NCBI GenBank assembly: GCA_030390025.1 | Contig: CM059425.1 | Span: 176,764,001-176,828,000 of the forward strand | Origin: Squalus acanthias | Taxonomy: Eukaryota | Length of the DNA: 64,000 nt | Reading direction: 5' to 3' | Shown: in pieces, positions 60,860 to 64,000 of the stretch | Position numbering within the stretch: the first letter of the stretch is position 1 | Layout: the number at the start of each line of letters is the position of its first letter | Translations under genes and position numbers: made by a program | Notes under the pieces: model-generated | What the model was told of the DNA's origin: nothing | The model's database searches: none | Seen by the model: the letters and a program-made list of their open reading frames with translations, nothing else

Positions 60860-62180
60860 CTGAAAAAGCAGCAACCAAGATTAACCTTTACATCCTCAAC
60901 AGCTGCCTACAATGCTACCATCACCCACAATCTTCCTAGGAATCTGCACTGTCCTTTCCTTGCTGCATGTCAATGTATTTGCATCTGCTGTTTCCTGCAC
61001 AATGGCCCTTTCTTATCACTGTACATCCTCCTAACAATATGAGCTTCTTACCTCTACTCCTCCCAGGACAAGGCAGTGCATCATCACCGAGGACAGACCT
61101 AAACAGGAGGGCCACACAATTTCAAGACCCTCAGTTCTGTGAAGAGCTGGCACTTTGGTTACTCAGCACAGAGGCTGTAGAGAGGGTGGGGGATGTGGAA
61201 GTTGAAGGCCTTCTTCGCAGTGAGACTAGGACCATTTTTTATCATCTTCTTTATCTTCACTCCGTGTACTCACTCACCCATTCACAAGCACCAGTGTATG
61301 TACTCCAACACAAGAATATATCAGAAGTCTGCACTTCCCATGGAAGACCATAATAGTTATCCCAGCTGCTTGCCCGAACCTGAGGCCTCCATCAATCTGA
61401 GAACTACCAGTGGAAGTAGCACTCAAGCCCTCCGCTGCATGTTAAAGATGGCAGATGCCATGATGGAACAGCTTCCCAGTTTATCTCCTTCCTAATGGAA
61501 ATGACACATCAGTGGGAACTGGTGATACCAGTAACTGTCTTTCCCCAGATCCAAGGAGACATTGATGACACACCTATTGCGGTGCATACGCTGTTGCAGA
61601 ATCCAGCAAACTCTATAAACAGGAAAGGGTTTCACTCTCTTTGCAACTCATATGTATAATAAGCACACAATAATGCATGGCAATGCCTGGTACCCAGGAA
61701 GCTGTTGTAATTCATTCATCTTAAGACAGTTAGGAATCCCAACATCTTTCAACAATCCAGCTCAGGGGTCTGGTTGGCTGCTCAAGGACAAAGGATATCC
61801 TTAACACCATTAGCACATGACCCCACTGGGAAACCCAGTACCTCCAAACAGATGAGATACAATAAAGTGCATGCTGCCATAACGATAGCTGTGGAGCAGA
61901 GCAATAGCGTCCACAAAGCTCAATTCAGCTGCCTTAACCAACAACGAGGCATCCTCTAGTACAGTCCTACTAGGCTCTCCAGGATCAGTGTGGTCTGATG
62001 CATTATCCACCACAGCTTCCCCATCAGAAAGGGACTCATTCTAACAGAGCTGGAGGAAGATGGGGAAGGACAGCAGGGTCAGCAGTGTGATAAGGCTGGC
62101 CAGAGGAAGACAAGGACCAGTAAAACAAATCTTTGTCAGCTGCCAGACAGATACAAGACCTAATCACAAGGGGCAAATTT
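60860..62180 (+). mobile_element. Old Harbinger remnant (Myb-like piece, then transposase, same strand)
   Basis: Remnants read FPQIQGDIDDT, NRKGFHSL, WYPGS...FILRQ, GWLLKDKGYP and YNKVHA..AVEQ. Confidence 0.65.
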
Positions 62181-62539
62181 AGATAAAATGGATCCCTTCC
62201 CAGGCATCTCCAGTCATGCCATCAGGGTCAGATATACTAACTACCTCATCTCCATAAAGTTATAACATCTGTCTACCCCGCTAAGCCGATCTTCAACATA
62301 AACAGCCATGCCAATCAGTCAAACACAGTACCTTAGTGAAATAAAAGTCCGCAAAGCTGCATCTCAGTGTAGGTGCTGAGATGTATTTGCCTTAAACCTC
62401 CCTCACTGACCCCACCAACTGAGGTTAGGGCAGGTCTAATGAGTTGAATGTTTTTGACAAGCTAGGGCTATAGCTGGCAACCACCTTCTCTGCCAGAGAG
62501 ATTAGAACCAGCATACCTACGTCGACTATTGCAGCGCAG

Positions 62540-63545
62540 GACAGGGCTGCTGGAGCTCCTCAGGGCTGCGTCCTTGGCCCAACCACCTTCAGGTGCTTCA
62601 TTAATGACTTTCCCTCTGTCATCAGGTCAGGAATAAAACTGTTCACTGTGCATTCTATAGCATTCAGCTCTATTCACAACTTTTCCAATAATGTAGCTGC
62701 CCATGCCAGTCTTTAACAGGACCTGGAAAACACCCAGGCCTGGGATGACAAGTAGCAGGTATTATACCACTATATAAGTTCCAGGCAATGAGCATCTCCA
62801 ACAAGAAAGGCCCAATCAATTCCCCCTGACCTTCAATAGCACCACCATCACCACATTCCCCCATTTTCAACATCCTGAGAAGCTTAATTGAACCATCCAT
62901 ATCAACAACATGGCTAAAAGGGCAGGGCAGAGGCTGGGTAATCTGTAACAAGTGGTGGGGGGGGGGCCTCAAAGCCTCTCCACCATCTACAAGGCTCAAG
63001 TCAGTAGTGTAATGGAATATTCACCACTTGCCTGGATGCCTTAACCTCTCAAGAAGTTCAATACTATACAGAACATACAAACATACTAAATTGAAGGGCA
63101 GGAAAGGACCAGCTGGTCCATCGAGCTGGACAGGAGCAGTACCCTTGATGGGCCACTGAACTAAATATTCATCTCCTCCACTTCAAGCACACTGTAGCTG
63201 CACTGTGTACTATCTATACGATGTGCTGCAGGTACTCACCAAACTTACTTCAGCAGCATATCCCAGCCCTGTGACCTCTAACACCAAGAAGGAGAAGGGC
63301 AGCAACACCATGGAAACACCAATACCTGCAAGTTCCCCTCCAAAATACACACCATTCTGACCTGGACATATACCATCTTTCCTTCATCGTTGAATTCCCT
63401 ACCTAACAACATTATGGGAGTACTACCTGCACAACCACTGCAGTGATTCAAGGTGAAGAACACCAAAATCTACTCAGAGAAGCTAGAGATGGGCAATAAA
63501 TGTGACTTTGCCAGCGTTATCTACATCCCAAGAACAAATAAAAAT
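62540..63545 (+). mobile_element. Degraded CR1/L2-like LINE, same family as 5160-6857
   Basis: Encodes GAPQGCVLGP and TIYKAQVSSVMEYSP, and ends in GGGCAATAAATG. Confidence 0.8.
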
Positions 63546-64000
63546 AGCATTACCCGACACCTTTGTAGAGCTGCAATCATCCCCTTGCTTCTCCTGAACT
63601 GAGACAAGAGTCTTCCACAATCAAATCATTTTACTTGTCATCAAATTGTAATGAGCAGGACTGAGCGAGGTTTAAAGTTAGATCCATAGTTATGCCCATT
63701 TATAAAACTGGTCATAATAGATGGGATAATAAACGTGTCCTTAACAACCTTGCATAGGTTACTGAAAAACAATTTACACAGAAGTAACTGAATGGACAAG
63801 ATTGCTGACAATAAAAATGAAAACTGGTCTGACATTGGAAAAAAGTGGCCGATCAGACTGCTTTATATAGGGTAACAGCGATTAAACGCAACATAAGCTC
63901 CTCTTGATTTAGTGACTGCTTTACATGTGACCATTTTAGGTGTTTAAAATTCTATTTAAATCGCTGACAGCTGTAGGCACCATTTGAATTCTTCTGGTTT

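Overview
This is repeat-dense vertebrate genomic DNA. The repeat repertoire (CR1/HER-like LINEs, Deu-domain tRNA SINEs, Penelope-type hairpins, many PIF/Harbinger elements) points to a cartilaginous fish, which is an inference. I could not recognise any host protein-coding exon. The centrepiece is a three-level nested insertion. An old Harbinger transposase relic (~31480-32209 plus 42130-42225) is split by a full-length two-gene Harbinger (32210-42129). That element's transposase is in turn split by a 6.3-kb endogenous retrovirus (33529-39847). The provirus has 1012-bp LTRs about 98% identical by eye, a TCAT target-site duplication, a tRNA-Leu PBS and a PPT. Its gag-pol is reduced to about 0.9 kb of joined fragments with no RT or RNase H. 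It keeps a full-length 676-codon env frame broken only by two TGA stops. The env layout (short N-terminal subunit, furin site, long Cys-rich fusion subunit) resembles paramyxo/pneumovirus F proteins and lokiretrovirus Env rather than gamma-type Env. Other items are a young CR1 with an open RT frame, an RTE nested in an esterase-ORF1 CR1, a solo LTR, several Harbinger MITEs, a palindromic double-hammerhead Penelope-type insertion and a near-perfect inverted SINE duplication. All alignments and counts were done by eye and no database searches were run.
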